A DNA stretch of 64,000 nt from Epiperipatus broadwayi. Lineage: Eukaryota > Animalia > Onychophora. The notes beneath the pieces were generated by a model that saw nothing but the letters and a program-made list of their open reading frames with translations, searched no databases and had not been told where the DNA came from. Positions 51,525-64,000 of the stretch are shown here, one piece after another; positions within the stretch are counted from its first letter, which is position 1; the number at the start of each line of letters is the position of its first letter. A program made the position numbers and the translations under genes. The stretch lies in NCBI GenBank assembly GCA_028023455.1, contig JAQFVV010000005.1:12710001-12774000 (forward strand), in the 5' to 3' direction.

Positions 51525-54500
51525 ATATATTGTAATAGAATTCTTTGTAACCACTAGCCCTAATCGTTGGGCAACCAAGAACTATACCCATCAATTTTGT
51601 AACTGAATGCCCCAATCATTGTGGTGCCAAGAACTATAACCAAAAGCATATCGTGCCATCTATATTGTGCACCGAAGACTATAACCGAAATCTGGAGCAT
51701 ATCACAACAAACAAAATTAATGATATAACATGAAATTGTTATGATCTAATCTGGTCGCAGCCAGGGTACACCACGAAGACCCATCATAGCAGTATGTGAA
51801 AGTACATTAGACAAATTATAAGTATGTAATTTTATTACTATTCAAACCCTAATTTGCGATTTTTCATTGCATGAGACCTTATGGCCGACCATAGACAAGA
51901 TGGTATAATTTGTGAAACTATTAGGGATTATGAATTTTAAAATGACATATGAGTTTTGGTACAAATCTAGTCTAGGTATGAGCTTTGCAATAATAAATAA
52001 GCATGGAAAACTTGGGTTCTTTTCTTATAAACTTAAATTTATAATTTAATAAATAGCAGTGAGACTCTTGTTATATTGATGAATGACAATTATAACATTA
52101 AGCAAATAAATTCAATCATATCATTACCTGGTAACTCTGTTTATAAGTTTATAAAATTAATCAATTTTGTATCATGTACTAGAATCAACAACGCAAAGCT
52201 AAAATGATGGAAAAAGGCAAATGGGATTTTATTGTACCTTATACATCATAAACTACCAAGAACAAAAGCATTCAAATGTTTTCTAAACTCATATCATGCT
52301 AACAACAGTATGTACTCCAATGTATGCTCTATTCAAAATATATGATTTCTAGTTTTATGAATGACAAATAGCAACGGCACAGTAAATTTAATTATAAATC
52401 AACATTTATTTACAATTTTATGATTAACAAAAAATTGATATAGGATGTTTAATATAATAAATAAATACATAAATAAACAAATAAATAAAATAAATAAATA
52501 AAATATCATTCCATTTGCTCACTTCACTAAATATATCATAGGCACAGTTTATAAAAGCTTAATCATACATTTTATTATAATTTGATTTAATTTATGCCTT
52601 GAGAAAACAATACTGAAATTCAACATCAAATCATAAAATATCCAATGTGTCAGTTCCAGAACCAATAAACCTATACTATAGACCTATAATAATATAATAA
52701 ATAATATTATATTTGCAGGAATTAGCTAATATGCAAACCTAAAGCAAAGTAAAAATTCAAACTTCATTTCAGATCAAATATTAATTAACAAACAGTTAAT
52801 CATCAATAAGATAATTTAAATAAGATGCCCTGTTACACTTTATGACTCAACTTATAAGTTATACTTATAAATGGAAGAAAATGATTTTAGCATAATAATA
52901 CAAAATACTTTGCCCAAACTTACATTTATGAAGTAAAATGATATTCCTGTGGATGCATTCATCTACACATAGGAATGATACAACACTGAGTGCCCTGTGG
53001 GTTTATACACCACCATAAAGCAACAAATATAATTCCACAATTCTGCGGATTAACCACCAGCACAGAAATGAGTGTAAAATACAGAAAGTAGCAAATAATT
53101 AATCTGCAGATTAACCACCAGCACAGATTAATGCCATTTAACATTGTAAAGCAATATTAATATTCACTTCATATTTAAAGTGCAAAAATCATCCTCCTCA
53201 ATTATTCTAACAATTCAGAAAACACCAACAATTTAGCAGATGTGGGTTCATACATAATGAAAAGTGTTTCAATAATAAGGACAAATAATATACTGAATTA
53301 TCTTGCTTAAAATATAAACACAGTAACAATGTAATATAAATGACATGAGTATAGGAATAGAACTCTGGAAAGACTCATAAGATACCTCATGAGAGGTTGA
53401 CATACACCATAAATTTATTAATAATTCTCAAGCTTTTTTCGCAAGCACTATCCCTTGAATAAATATTTTATTCAATCTCATGAGTTTAATTTAAACACAA
53501 TAAAATATAAGTCATGAACTTCACATATAAGTTCATATAACAATAAAATTAAATCAATTCATTTTTACTTAAATACATAAATTAAAGTGTACAACATTTT
53601 TAGAATACTAAATATGATCCATGAAATCAATGTAAAAATGTCTTGAACACTAAGTACACATTACACAAAGTAATAATTAGAAATTATAGGCAAATTCCAT
53701 AAATGTGATTATATCCGTTCATTCTAGTTATTATGAGCACTTTTAAATTAATGAATTTTGTGTGGTTCCATGAATATGAGACAATTCCAAAAGCATGACA
53801 TGTAGAGTTTAAATGAAAATGTTCTTCATAAGTTATTAAATTCTACATTTTTATATAAAATTGTTCCAAGTTTATGATATCCAGGCTATATTAGTTTATT
53901 TATCCACATTTAAATTTAGGAATAATAATTAGAGCAAAATAATTTAATAATTCAAAATTGACGATAAAAATCAGAAAGTAGTTTTAGTTAATTATTTGAA
54001 GGCCGTTATTATTATTCAAATAGTAAACAAATTAAATAGCAAATACATTACTAGCAGTATACATTTAGATAAAATAATCAATGCTTTATTATTTAAATAA
54101 TAAGCAGAAATATTAAACCAGCATTTCAATAAACTTTAACATTTAAATTTGATTTTAAACCTCTTCTTTTTTAAAAATAAAGTTTTCATATCCGAAAAGC
54201 TTTTGCAATTAAAATATTTATTTAATGTTGCCAATTTGTATGTAGTAAAATATTTCAAAACATACTGATTTTCTGCAATTAATTCTTCTTTTAAATCTGA
54301 GAGTTCCGACATATTTTTAAATATAAATATTGAGAAAATTATTAGCGATTTGATCCACTTGGCTAGCTGACTTGAACAGATCTTTTAAATCTAGCAATTC
54401 ACACTATTATAAAGTACCATCATTTTATTTTTAAATTTGTAGGAAAATTTTTGGTAAATCCGTTTGCTTATTAATTATTTTTAAAAAAATATGCTTAACA

Positions 54501-54986
54501 TATTTTGCTTATATTTTATTCTTACACCATTTTTTTTTTCTTAATATAATCCAGAAATGCTGTCACTGGAACACTATCTGAAACGCACACGTGAATTTAT
54601 TATATTCTTATCTAATAATTAAAAATTAGTTAAACAAATGGTTTTTGAATTAAATGAAAATAATTTCTAAGACTATTTTAAATAAATAAGAATTATTATT
54701 ATTTTTAGCCACATTTTACTAAACTTAATGTGTACTGTCAATTTCTTACAAGTTAAACATATTTGATCCAAATCAGTGGATAAAAAAAAAAACAATTTTA
54801 AATACATTAAAATAATACAGGCAATAAGCAAGGCAAAATATTACTTATTCTCACCAATAAAATCACCAAGAAGAAGACAGAGAAATTTTTATATCAGTTA
54901 TATCAATCTTTATATTTTATACTAAAATACAAGGTTACAATATATATTAAATAAGGAAATTGCAATTAAGGTTTATAATAAACTAT

Positions 54987-55330
54987 AAAGATCAGCTTTT
55001 CAAGTTAATGCACATGCGCTTTATGAATCATAATAATAAATGAATACTTTCATTTCCAACACAAGATAAAGTCTTTGTGAAAGAATAGAATGAATCACCT
55101 ATTCTTTCAACCCAAACGCTTAAGTATGGGAAAATTGTAAGCACTGGAAATGAAAGCGTGAAGATAAACCAATCATTTTAAATTACTTTTTACTATGTCT
55201 GAATGAATGACACCTGCGAAATTTTCTAGAATTTATGATACATCATTGTGCATGTGCATTAGCTTGAAAAGCTGATCTTTAATTTATTACAATTCATAAA
55301 CATCACGCTATATAAAATATCTAATTAAGG
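54987..55330. mobile_element. Non-autonomous repeat with ~30-bp inverted repeats; same family as 58658-59299
   Basis: aaagatcagcttttcaagttaatgcacatgc / gcatgtgcattagcttgaaaagctgatcttt; interior homologous to 58730-58950. Confidence 0.7.
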
Positions 55331-56041
55331 TTTATGAAAATTTAGTTCTTGCAAATTACATCATGACAAAATTAATTATTTATTAATAAGAGCAATTCTC
55401 TGCATCCTATTCTAGAACCATATATTATAAATTTGAGTAATCAATAAAAACCAGATGATATAATGATGCAATATTGATAGTCCTAGACATTTCATACATT
55501 TTGTCTTTAACAATGAGGACCAGGATTCAAAGATGGAACTAATGCACTTATGCCTTTAGCACTCATTTTATTCATTTCTATTATTTAAGCATGTCTAAAT
55601 CATGTAGAAACTGACATGGTGTCCAATTTATATAACTACATGATATTGGCATAGGTTCAAAACCTTAAGGTTTTTCTTCCCAATATCACACTATTAACTT
55701 GAATAATATAAAATAATAAAAGATAATTGCAAGAGGCAAAAGCAAATTAGTTCTAATTTTTAATCCTTGTCTTCACTAATGAAAGCAAAATTTGAAAAAA
55801 TCTTAAGTTGGAGATATTATAGCAATATATCATCTGATTTTTGTAGTTATTCAAATTTATAATAGCCGTCTTCAGTGATAGATGAAGAGAACTGCTTATG
55901 TAACCATATGAGAAAGTTGAATAATTTTGTTAGTACTGTACTTACTAACAATATATTTACATTAATAGTTGTATAACTTTTTACTAATATTTTTTAATAT
56001 TCTAGCTTCAAAATAAAGTATAAATTCTATTAACAACTTAC

Positions 56042-56220
56042 ATTACTATAAACAATTCCACACTGCCCAATGTTTACAGCAAAGTCAACAATTTGTCCAG
56101 TTGCAATGTTAATAATATGAAAACAACCACTGTCCCTGCTATGGTTTTTAACATATACAATACCAGTAAATGGAGCCTGATTTGAGATTTTGGTTATAAT
56201 CTTATCATTCTCACACTCAA
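56042..56220 (-). CDS. ZP-N exon, first half
   Basis: ttctttag|TTGAGTGT...AGTAAT|gtaagt; (V)ECENDKIITKISNQAPFTGIVYVKNHSRDSGCFHIINIATGQIVDFAVNIGQCGIVYSN; FxGxVYVK and C..CG motifs of cuticlin-type ZP-N. Confidence 0.92.
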
Positions 56221-56318
56221 CTAAAGAATAAAAAAATAATATTTAATTTTCATAAGAAAAACAAATCTATTTATTAAAGTTATAAATTAAAAAGTAAACA
56301 ACATTTTTGAATACCTAC

Positions 56319-56342
56319 CTGAAATATTCCAAACTTGATTCC
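56319..56342 (-). CDS. 24-nt microexon (linker before ZP-N)
   Basis: ttttctttag|GGAATCAAGTTTGGAATATTTCAG|gtaggt; phase 1-1; encodes (G)NQVWNIS leading into VEC of ZP-N; 98-nt intron to the next exon. Confidence 0.75.
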
Positions 56343-58259
56343 CTAAAGAAAAATGTCATTAAAATTACATAAATATAAATTATATACACATGCATACACA
56401 CATACATATATATTGCATTCTACAAATTGTACTTAAAAAACTAATAGAATATAGGCACTCTATCATCAAAGCAACACTATAATATCATAATTAGAAAACA
56501 CTAACTATTTTTATCCAAGATCTTAAATAGATTCCGAGTGAAAGCAATAATTTAAACAGATTGAAATTTAATCTCTTTATTACTTAAAATAGTGTTGCTT
56601 GGCAACAGACTCCTATATTTACCAGTATTAAGCATGAGAGTTGTGGAATGTGATAAATAATTAGAAGTTGACAGCTATGTTTTCATTATTAACATATAAA
56701 ATTAAAAAAGCTTTTGGGAACACTATGTGAAAAGACTCAATAAAAATGCAAATTTCTCACATTCATAACCAAATGGATTAAAGTTACTGAAAATCTTTAA
56801 AAAGATTTTTGATCCTGAGATGTAGAAAATTTCTCCATAGAATATTAACTGATATTTGTTTCCAACTTCCTTCAGCTACGATTAGTCATCCATATAACAA
56901 AAATACGTTAAATGCACAATCTGATTATTTTATAACATATCAAGTGCTTTCAAGGACATATTTAAATATAAAGAAGATGAATGAGCACCAAAATGTTGAT
57001 TGCTGACTTCTATGTAGAATTATTCTTCAATTGTGGATTTTGATCATAAAAATTCTCTCCATAATTGAAGACTTCTTACACATATATGATATATATATAT
57101 AGAATCACTACTATTTTTACTAATTAATCAGCGAACTCAATCATCCCCCCTTCCCTTTCAAATGTCTGAATTCACACTCTAAATACAAAAAATGTGATAG
57201 AAATTTCTTACATATTCCAATTTTTTTTTAAGACTCCATATGTTCAGCTAATTTCTATTCAATTAACTCATGCAATATTAATACATTGTACAGGCTTAAA
57301 CCTGCATTTATATATGTAATATATGCAGGGTTCGAACTCAGACTTTCACACGATATTATAACTCTATTCATAATCATTAAAAGATTTTCCCATGAACTGA
57401 CCATTGAGTTATATATATATATAGAAGTGTGTTAATACAACTATTTCCATGAACAAAAGATGATTGTTTATAATTATTTCATTAAAAAAACTATACATTT
57501 ATAATTTAAAACTATCTCGAGTTGATTTAACAATCCTGAAAGAAATGTCTGCAATGTTTTTTACTAGGATATACAATCTTAATAAAAACTTTTCTATTAA
57601 AACACATGTTAGCAATCAAATAAAACAATTATCCAATATATAACTAAATTGTAGATAATGCATAAAAAAAAAGGTCTGAAAGAGGAAAATGATTTATGAA
57701 TGGACAGATAGCCATGGGTTTAGGCATTGTAAGATGTCACAGATAAAAAGAAGAAAAAGCTATTTTAAAATAATTGCAAAAGTTAAAGACATAACTTAAT
57801 TTTTTTTTACTTAATTAAATAGATTGCCATTAGTTCCATTAATTTTTCAGTAAACCAGAATTTATCAGACTCCTAGGAAGCTCTAGTAGACAATTATCAA
57901 GTGGGAGTTGATGTCAAACCACACATCTGCAAAAATACATTGTATAATGGAAATTCATGTCTTTTCACAATGCACAGTTTAATTCTGTTAGCTTTCTATG
58001 CATTCACTCTATATTTTATTTTCATAACCAGAAATATATTTAAGTATAAATATATGAATATCACATGATCACTATATACGTATAAAGAGTTTTGCCTGTT
58101 TGTATAAGCATATGATAGGATAGGAAAGAAAAGTAATTTAACTATCAAAATAGCACTGGAAGATTGAAATAAATGTATTATAAGTGAATCATCACAATTT
58201 ACTCAGAGAAATGGCAGAGGAGAAGAAACATTGTAGCAACTTTCACCATACAATATTTC

Positions 58260-58592
58260 TGGCTAATTCAAGCCACAGCAATCAATAGATGCTAGAATGT
58301 TAAAATCCTTATCTAGTGCCTACTCATTAAATATTCCCAGATTAATTTCCGACATATTTTCATCAGTGAGAAGACTTGGATATGAGAACACTGCATCATA
58401 TTGATGAAACCATAAGCTAGAAACTATTCTGGGAATATTGGAAGCACAGGCATTAGAGAGATTTTGATGCACTAACCTTCTAGCAGCCACTGATTAGTAT
58501 GTCTTACATGAGGTGGCAATACTGTCTAGAAAAAGTTGCTATTGCATCAACAGATTGTGTAAGCATAAGAAATGATTATCCTGTGATGTTAC
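58260..58592. mobile_element. Old Penelope-like repeat: reverse copy plus forward copy, each with a decayed hammerhead
   Basis: Minus strand ctcactgatgaaaatatgtcggaaattaatctggga (58335-58372); plus strand ttgatgaaaccataagctagaaactattctggga (58401-58434); ends tgattatcctgtgatgt. Confidence 0.6.
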
Positions 58593-58645
58593 AGAGGAGA
58601 AGATACCAGGAAAATAGCCAGGAAAAAGATCTCAATTTTATTTTC

Positions 58646-59311
58646 ATAAACCAATTATAATGAGATATTATTTTATATAGCGCTATGTTTTAATACTGTA
58701 ATAGTAATATTAGCGATTAAGCCAATGCACATGCGCTTTAAAGATAAATTATAAATGAATACTCTCACTTTTTTCCAGACACAAGATATAGTATTTTAGA
58801 AAGAATGGAATGAATCCACCCATTCTTTCAACCCAAACATTTATGTATGGGCAAATCTTAAGCGTATGGAAATGAGAGTGTGAAGATGTTAAGCAATCAC
58901 TTTAAATTACATTTGTTATGTTTGAACAAATGACGTCTGTAAAATCTTTACAATTTACAACCCGTCATTCTTTAGTTGAAATTAAACATATTTGTAATGA
59001 GATATTATTTTATATAGCACTATGTTTTAATACTGTAATAGTGATATTAGCAATTAAGGCAATATAAAGATTTCACAGGCATCATTCGTTCAAACATAAT
59101 AAATGTAATTTAAAATGATTGCTTAACACCTTCACGCTCTCATTTCCATATGCTTAAGATTTGCCCATACATAAATGTTTGGGTCGAAAGAATAGGTGGA
59201 TTCATTCCATTCTTTCTAAAATACTATATCTTGTGTCTGGAAAAAAGTGAGAGTATTCATTTATAATTTATCTTTAAAGCGCACGTGCATTGGCTTAATA
59301 AACCAATTATA
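58646..59311. repeat. Composite A-B-spacer-A-B(inverted) repeat bounded by 14-bp direct repeats
   Basis: A 58658-58726 = 58995-59063; B 58716-58950 inverted at 59065-59299; ATAAACCAATTATA at 58646-58659 and 59298-59311. Confidence 0.85.
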
Positions 59312-60873
59312 TAAAATTAATAGTACTTAGAATGATAATGAATTAAAGCAAATAGGAGAATATCATCATCTACTAGAACTTTTACTCAGTATTTGAATGA
59401 AAGACATTAATGATGGTAATGCAGCACATAAAGTACAAGGAGCCTCTAAGCCTAATGATTCTACATTTTCATTTCTCAGAGTAAGAATATTAGTTCCCTT
59501 GATTGTAAGTTATTAGTTGACATATGGCAAAGCTTCATATAATTCTTTCCTTCAGAATCATTGTGAGTATAAATGCAACCCTTATGGTATTTTATTTTCT
59601 TGTTCATTAGATATAACAGATCTCTTTTTAAATAACAATCTGTTACACATTTTTCAGGGCAAATTCTCCTTTATTTTACTCTACTTCTGCCACCTAACAT
59701 GAGCTTGAGCAACCAATAGATAATAGTGCTTTCTATATCTTTATTCACTGCTGTCTAATCTGTATTTCCAGACTAGTGACTTTTGGATGTTTTTTGGATT
59801 TGATTCATCTTTTATCAATGCCATCTTTTATTTTTTGTATTATCAAGCTGCCATTCTGAAATTCAAAAAATATCTTAATGTTTGAATCTGAGACGATTTT
59901 CTTGCACAGTTATTCCAGTTTAGTATTTATAACTACTGGCATTCTCAGTCTTATAATAATTGTAGGCATGCTTTGATCAAAATTAACATATTATTAAAAT
60001 GACTAAAGCAATAATTTGACTAAGTGCATTAACTTGGAAATATTTTTTGATATCTCCAAAAGTATAAACCAGAAAAAATGGATAGAATGGAAGAAATAAA
60101 TCCCATGATACATCTACTATTTTTTTAAATCGGATTACTCAATATTTACAAAGTTTAGTTGGAGAACATGAATTTAAAGAAAAGGGTCACTATTGTTTTA
60201 ATTCAGATTGAATGTGAACACTATAATGGTTTGTTTGGTATAAGCCAATATTTTTTTAAAAAGTGGCTGTTGTATGCTTATAACTGATGCCATTACAATA
60301 TAGAATAGATGGCCCAGTGTCTAACATTATTATTTAGATAAACTGACTTGGATTCAGAACATTAAAGGTTCAAAAATTCAACCTATTTATCCTGATAGCA
60401 TAAGAGCAGCATTTAATAATGAATAGATACAATGCCTCATGATCTAAAAAATAACAATTTTCAAAAATTTATCATAGGAGTTTGTTTGCACTGCCATCAA
60501 ATTCTATTGATTATTTGATGCATGCATTGGGTGGTTCTACAGTAAGATGGGAGTGATACAAAATGAATACAATGATTGCAGTAGTTTGCAGTATGAATTC
60601 AAAACAATATGGATAATTAATTTTTAAAAATGTTGATGATAAGTAAATTATTAAATATGATGCATAATAAACTGCATAATTTATAACAAAATGGTCTTTA
60701 ATTTTATAGCTACTTTAATCTTAAATTTCTATTATATTTTTTCTATAGAACATAACATAGATAATAAATAAGGAACACACAATGGCTAGTCAATGATTTG
60801 CAACATAGAGGAACAATCAGAGAGATGAACAGAAATGGACATAATAATTTGACAAAGAAATTTAAGAACTTAC

Positions 60874-60987
60874 CACAACATTGTGGCCATTCACCCTCAC
60901 AAGGTGGCTTGCAAAGACATTTAAAAGTATCTTGAAATCTTGAGCAAATACCCATTTCGCCACAATCATCCTTGTTACACTCAACAG
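60874..60987 (-). CDS. EGF-like exon 2 of the ZP gene
   Basis: tttctag|CTGTTG...TGTTGTG|gtaagt; 114 nt, phase 1-1; VECNKDDCGEMGICSRFQDTFKCLCKPPCEGEWPQCC. Confidence 0.9.
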
Positions 60988-61729
60988 CTAGAAATTAGAA
61001 TTAAAAATATTTATTGTATTTTTCAGATTATAATTCAATAAGTATTTCAACAAGAGGTATATCTTAATCATTTATAAACCAAATAATTTCACTTTTAAAA
61101 AGAAACCTTAAAAGAATAATAAAAAAATTTTCCATGCATGATTATTTATCAAATTATTTTTATTATTTCTAAAATTATCTTACATTTAGAGCAAATAATT
61201 TATTAATTAATGTAAACTTATATTTTATATAACATTTAACTTCCATTAAGTTCAGCCCTTTTTTCCATTTGCCCCTGGTTTTCCAATGTAAAATTTATAT
61301 GTTTTAACTTTCATTTTATCATATGTACATGAATAAAACATTTTAAAAAAGTTAATACCTTTCAAGATGTATTTCATACTGAACAAGCACTCATCAGTTG
61401 GAATCATTTTTCACATGTCTCTACTAATGTAATTAGAATGATAAAATGAAAGTTATAAGAATATTATTAGATATAGAAAAAAATAAAATGGAGTTAAAAT
61501 AATGATTCCACATAATAGCTCTATTTAATAATAAATATATTCATCTTCAATTAAAGTTTAAAGTATATATCTGAACTAGAAATAATATGATAAGACTTCT
61601 AGATTAAAAAATGATTAGTCATAATCATTTAAGTATTTATTTTGGAGGGATTATATCATAATTATGCTTGCATTAAGTTTAGCCCTTTCATAATAAATTG
61701 TAATAATTTAATCTTTGTAATTTGATTAC

Positions 61730-62950
61730 TTTAGCCATCCTTTCTCAAAATCAAAAGCATATTTTAATCCTCCTCTTCATTTCTACAAATAAGCTGCCCC
61801 AATTCTTCTTTGAGCAACTAAACAACAATCTCTTTTCTTTTTCACAGTACACACAATTCGTACTTGCATGTTTCATATTGTATACTTTATCATTACATAA
61901 TCTACATTTTCCACCTTCTGCCATCATCCTTTATATTCATAATAAACTACTTATCACCCATTATCAAATATATCCACAGACTTGATATTCTTACATTCTG
62001 GTATTTATATTCACATTTTCTCCTTTTTATCGATTTTGATCCTATTATCCATTTATCCCAATTTCCAAAATCCCACTTGACTTGAAAATGTTTATATTTA
62101 TTCATCTCATTTTCTAAAAACATACCATTAAAAATTCTTCATTTGACAATCTAACAAACATAAATTACACTGTCAACCACTTTGTCACTTTTTCTTTCCA
62201 CGCTATTTGGTATCTCCAAAATAGTATCTACTGCTGACCATATGTTTACTTCATTTTGTATTTTCCAATTTCTCTAAGTCTTTCTCATAAGATCCTTTAC
62301 CTTTTTGATCAAACATTATTTTATTATTACAAATTAAGCCTATAATAGCATCTTTTCCATAAAATTTGATATTTTCCATACCAATTACTAAAAATTATTG
62401 CATACTTCTTGATTCTAATTTTTTTTTTTAATTATTTTCTTCTGTTTATTTCATTTACTCAAAAATTCTCTCCCCTTCACTTACTTTTAAATAAATAAGT
62501 TTACTTTCAGTCATTAAATTTAAATCTCCCAACATCCAACTCTCATTTAGTTTCTTTCATAATTTATCAAAAATATTTTGAACTTAGTGTTTAGTAATTC
62601 AACATACCTTTCTCCTACAAATCTTGTACCTATTTCTCAAAACATATTCATATATCACAAAGAAATATCATTAATATATCTAAGGGTTTTCAAAAAAATA
62701 ATTCTTACAAATATTTTTTAACACCCTCTATCTACCAGGTGGAATTTAGTCTTTAAATTCTGGATAAAAAATTACTGTATTTCACTCACTTCACTTTTTT
62801 TTATTTTCATAAATGAAGAAATCTAACTCATAAAGACTTATTACACACATTTTTATATCCTAGTTAAAGACATATATGCACATATATTTTCTTTAAATTT
62901 CTTCATAACTTTTTGCCTTATCAATTTATTGTATGCTTTGTTCTATGTCT
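61730..62950 (-). mobile_element. Highly decayed LINE endonuclease region
   Basis: Strong pyrimidine bias on the plus strand; minus-strand fragment MLGDLN (APE ..GDFN motif); many stops. Confidence 0.4.
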
Positions 62951-63281
62951 AAAAAAGTTATCATCCACTTCTATACAATTTATAGAACATTTCTATTATT
63001 TAGATCAAATCAAATATGTTACTTCATAATATATCACTTCTATAACATTCTTCATTTCTCTCATCATTATTTACCATCTAGTACATAAATCTGTAGCACA
63101 TGTAATGTGATATTGAAGCGGAAAACTCTTGTGTGAAGCATTAAACAATCATCTGTGTATCGGAGACACCACATTTATATTTGTTTGTAATGTAAACACT
63201 GATTATATTAGTCTATGATACATCTTTAAAAGTTCTTGAAAATGTAGATTCTTACTGTTACTAATAGCATAAAAATCTTAC

Positions 63282-63398
63282 GTAAGCATTCCTCTCCTGG
63301 AATACTGAATCTATAACCTTCTTCACAATGACACAATGGCTCATTGGAAGTGATGTCACAAACTTCATGCTTATTGCAGTGGGTTGTTTCACATAAAC
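63282..63398 (-). CDS. EGF-like exon 1 of the ZP gene
   Basis: aattatag|GTTTATG...GCTTAC|gtaaga; 117 nt, phase 1-1; LCETTHCNKHEVCDITSNEPLCHCEEGYRFSIPGEECL has the 6-Cys EGF spacing. Confidence 0.9.
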
Positions 63399-64000
63399 CT
63401 ATAATTAATTTAAAAAAAGATGTAAACACAAAAAAATCATCAAATTTTTAAAGAAATATGGTACAGAGTGATTTTAAACTAGATAAAAAACATTTCTTGA
63501 TATTCTAATAAAATTCTAGTTTTTTTCATAAAAAAAAAAAAACAACAGAAATATATGTGACATTCAAATTTAACAATAAAAATTATAAATTTAGAATTTA
63601 TATGAATGGTCCTAAAATAAGACTTCATATTACTTCAGAGCCATCTATTGCAAGCTTGAGTAATCAATAGACATTAGATAGAAGTGTTATTATATCTATA
63701 CCCCAAAACTAAAACAAAATGCTAATGGCTTTATTGCTTGGAAGTTCATAAAAAATTTGAGCACCAGAACTGTGAGCACCAACCATATCAAACTGTGCAG
63801 GGTTCCCCAAACTATTTTTTGATTTATAAAATTTTATTAGTGAGGACATTAAATTTGAAGTTGGAACTAATACATTTACACAACAATCTGCTATTTTTAT
63901 TTTCCTTATATTATCAAGATATTAGCTGGAAATTTAAAAAACCTCTAAGATTTTGAATCCAAGCCAATTTGTTTGTATAATATATAGATCTGATACTAGA

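Larger units (their letters stand above)
20410..63398 (-). other. Span of a multi-exon gene (5' end beyond the window) encoding an EGF-EGF-ZP-domain single-pass membrane protein (cuticlin/trynity-like apical extracellular matrix protein)
   Basis: Ten exons with GT-AG boundaries and mutually compatible phases (117+114+24+179+131+143+82+151+169+221 nt) join into one open frame ending at TAG 20412-20410. ZP cysteine pattern, KRKRR furin site and a hydrophobic TM helix occur in the expected order. Confidence 0.93.

Noticed and set aside
53043-53127. 24-bp repeated motif ctgc(g/a)gattaaccaccagcacaga
   Set aside because: Two copies only; a local duplication, not an array or CRISPR.
61359-61378. 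20-nt candidate exon between the EGF exons
   Set aside because: Length is not a multiple of 3, and the flanking phase-1 exons join directly.

Overview
Very AT-rich eukaryotic genomic DNA, probably from an arthropod (inference from the gene and TE families). One host gene lies on the minus strand. Ten GT-AG exons (63398 down to 20410) splice into one stop-free frame of about 443 aa: EGF-EGF-ZP domain-furin site-TM-cytoplasmic tail. Its 5' end is outside the window. The rest is mostly transposon debris: a full-length decayed Mag-type Ty3/gypsy element (4328-13300, 5-bp TSD), a second gypsy remnant, RTE and other LINE fragments, foldback elements, and short Penelope-like repeats carrying minimal hammerhead ribozyme motifs. 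The most striking object is a 4171-bp near-perfect palindrome (7502-11672) inserted into the gypsy pol gene with a 4-bp ATAT TSD. It appears to be two copies of a ~2-kb LTR in inverted orientation, joined at their U5 ends through a DNA copy of nt 15-76 of mature tRNA-Lys(CUU), including the CCA tail. I read it as an integrated fossil of aberrant plus-strand strong-stop synthesis that read through the tRNA primer and folded back. Identities are estimated by eye and family assignments rest on motif recognition, not database searches.
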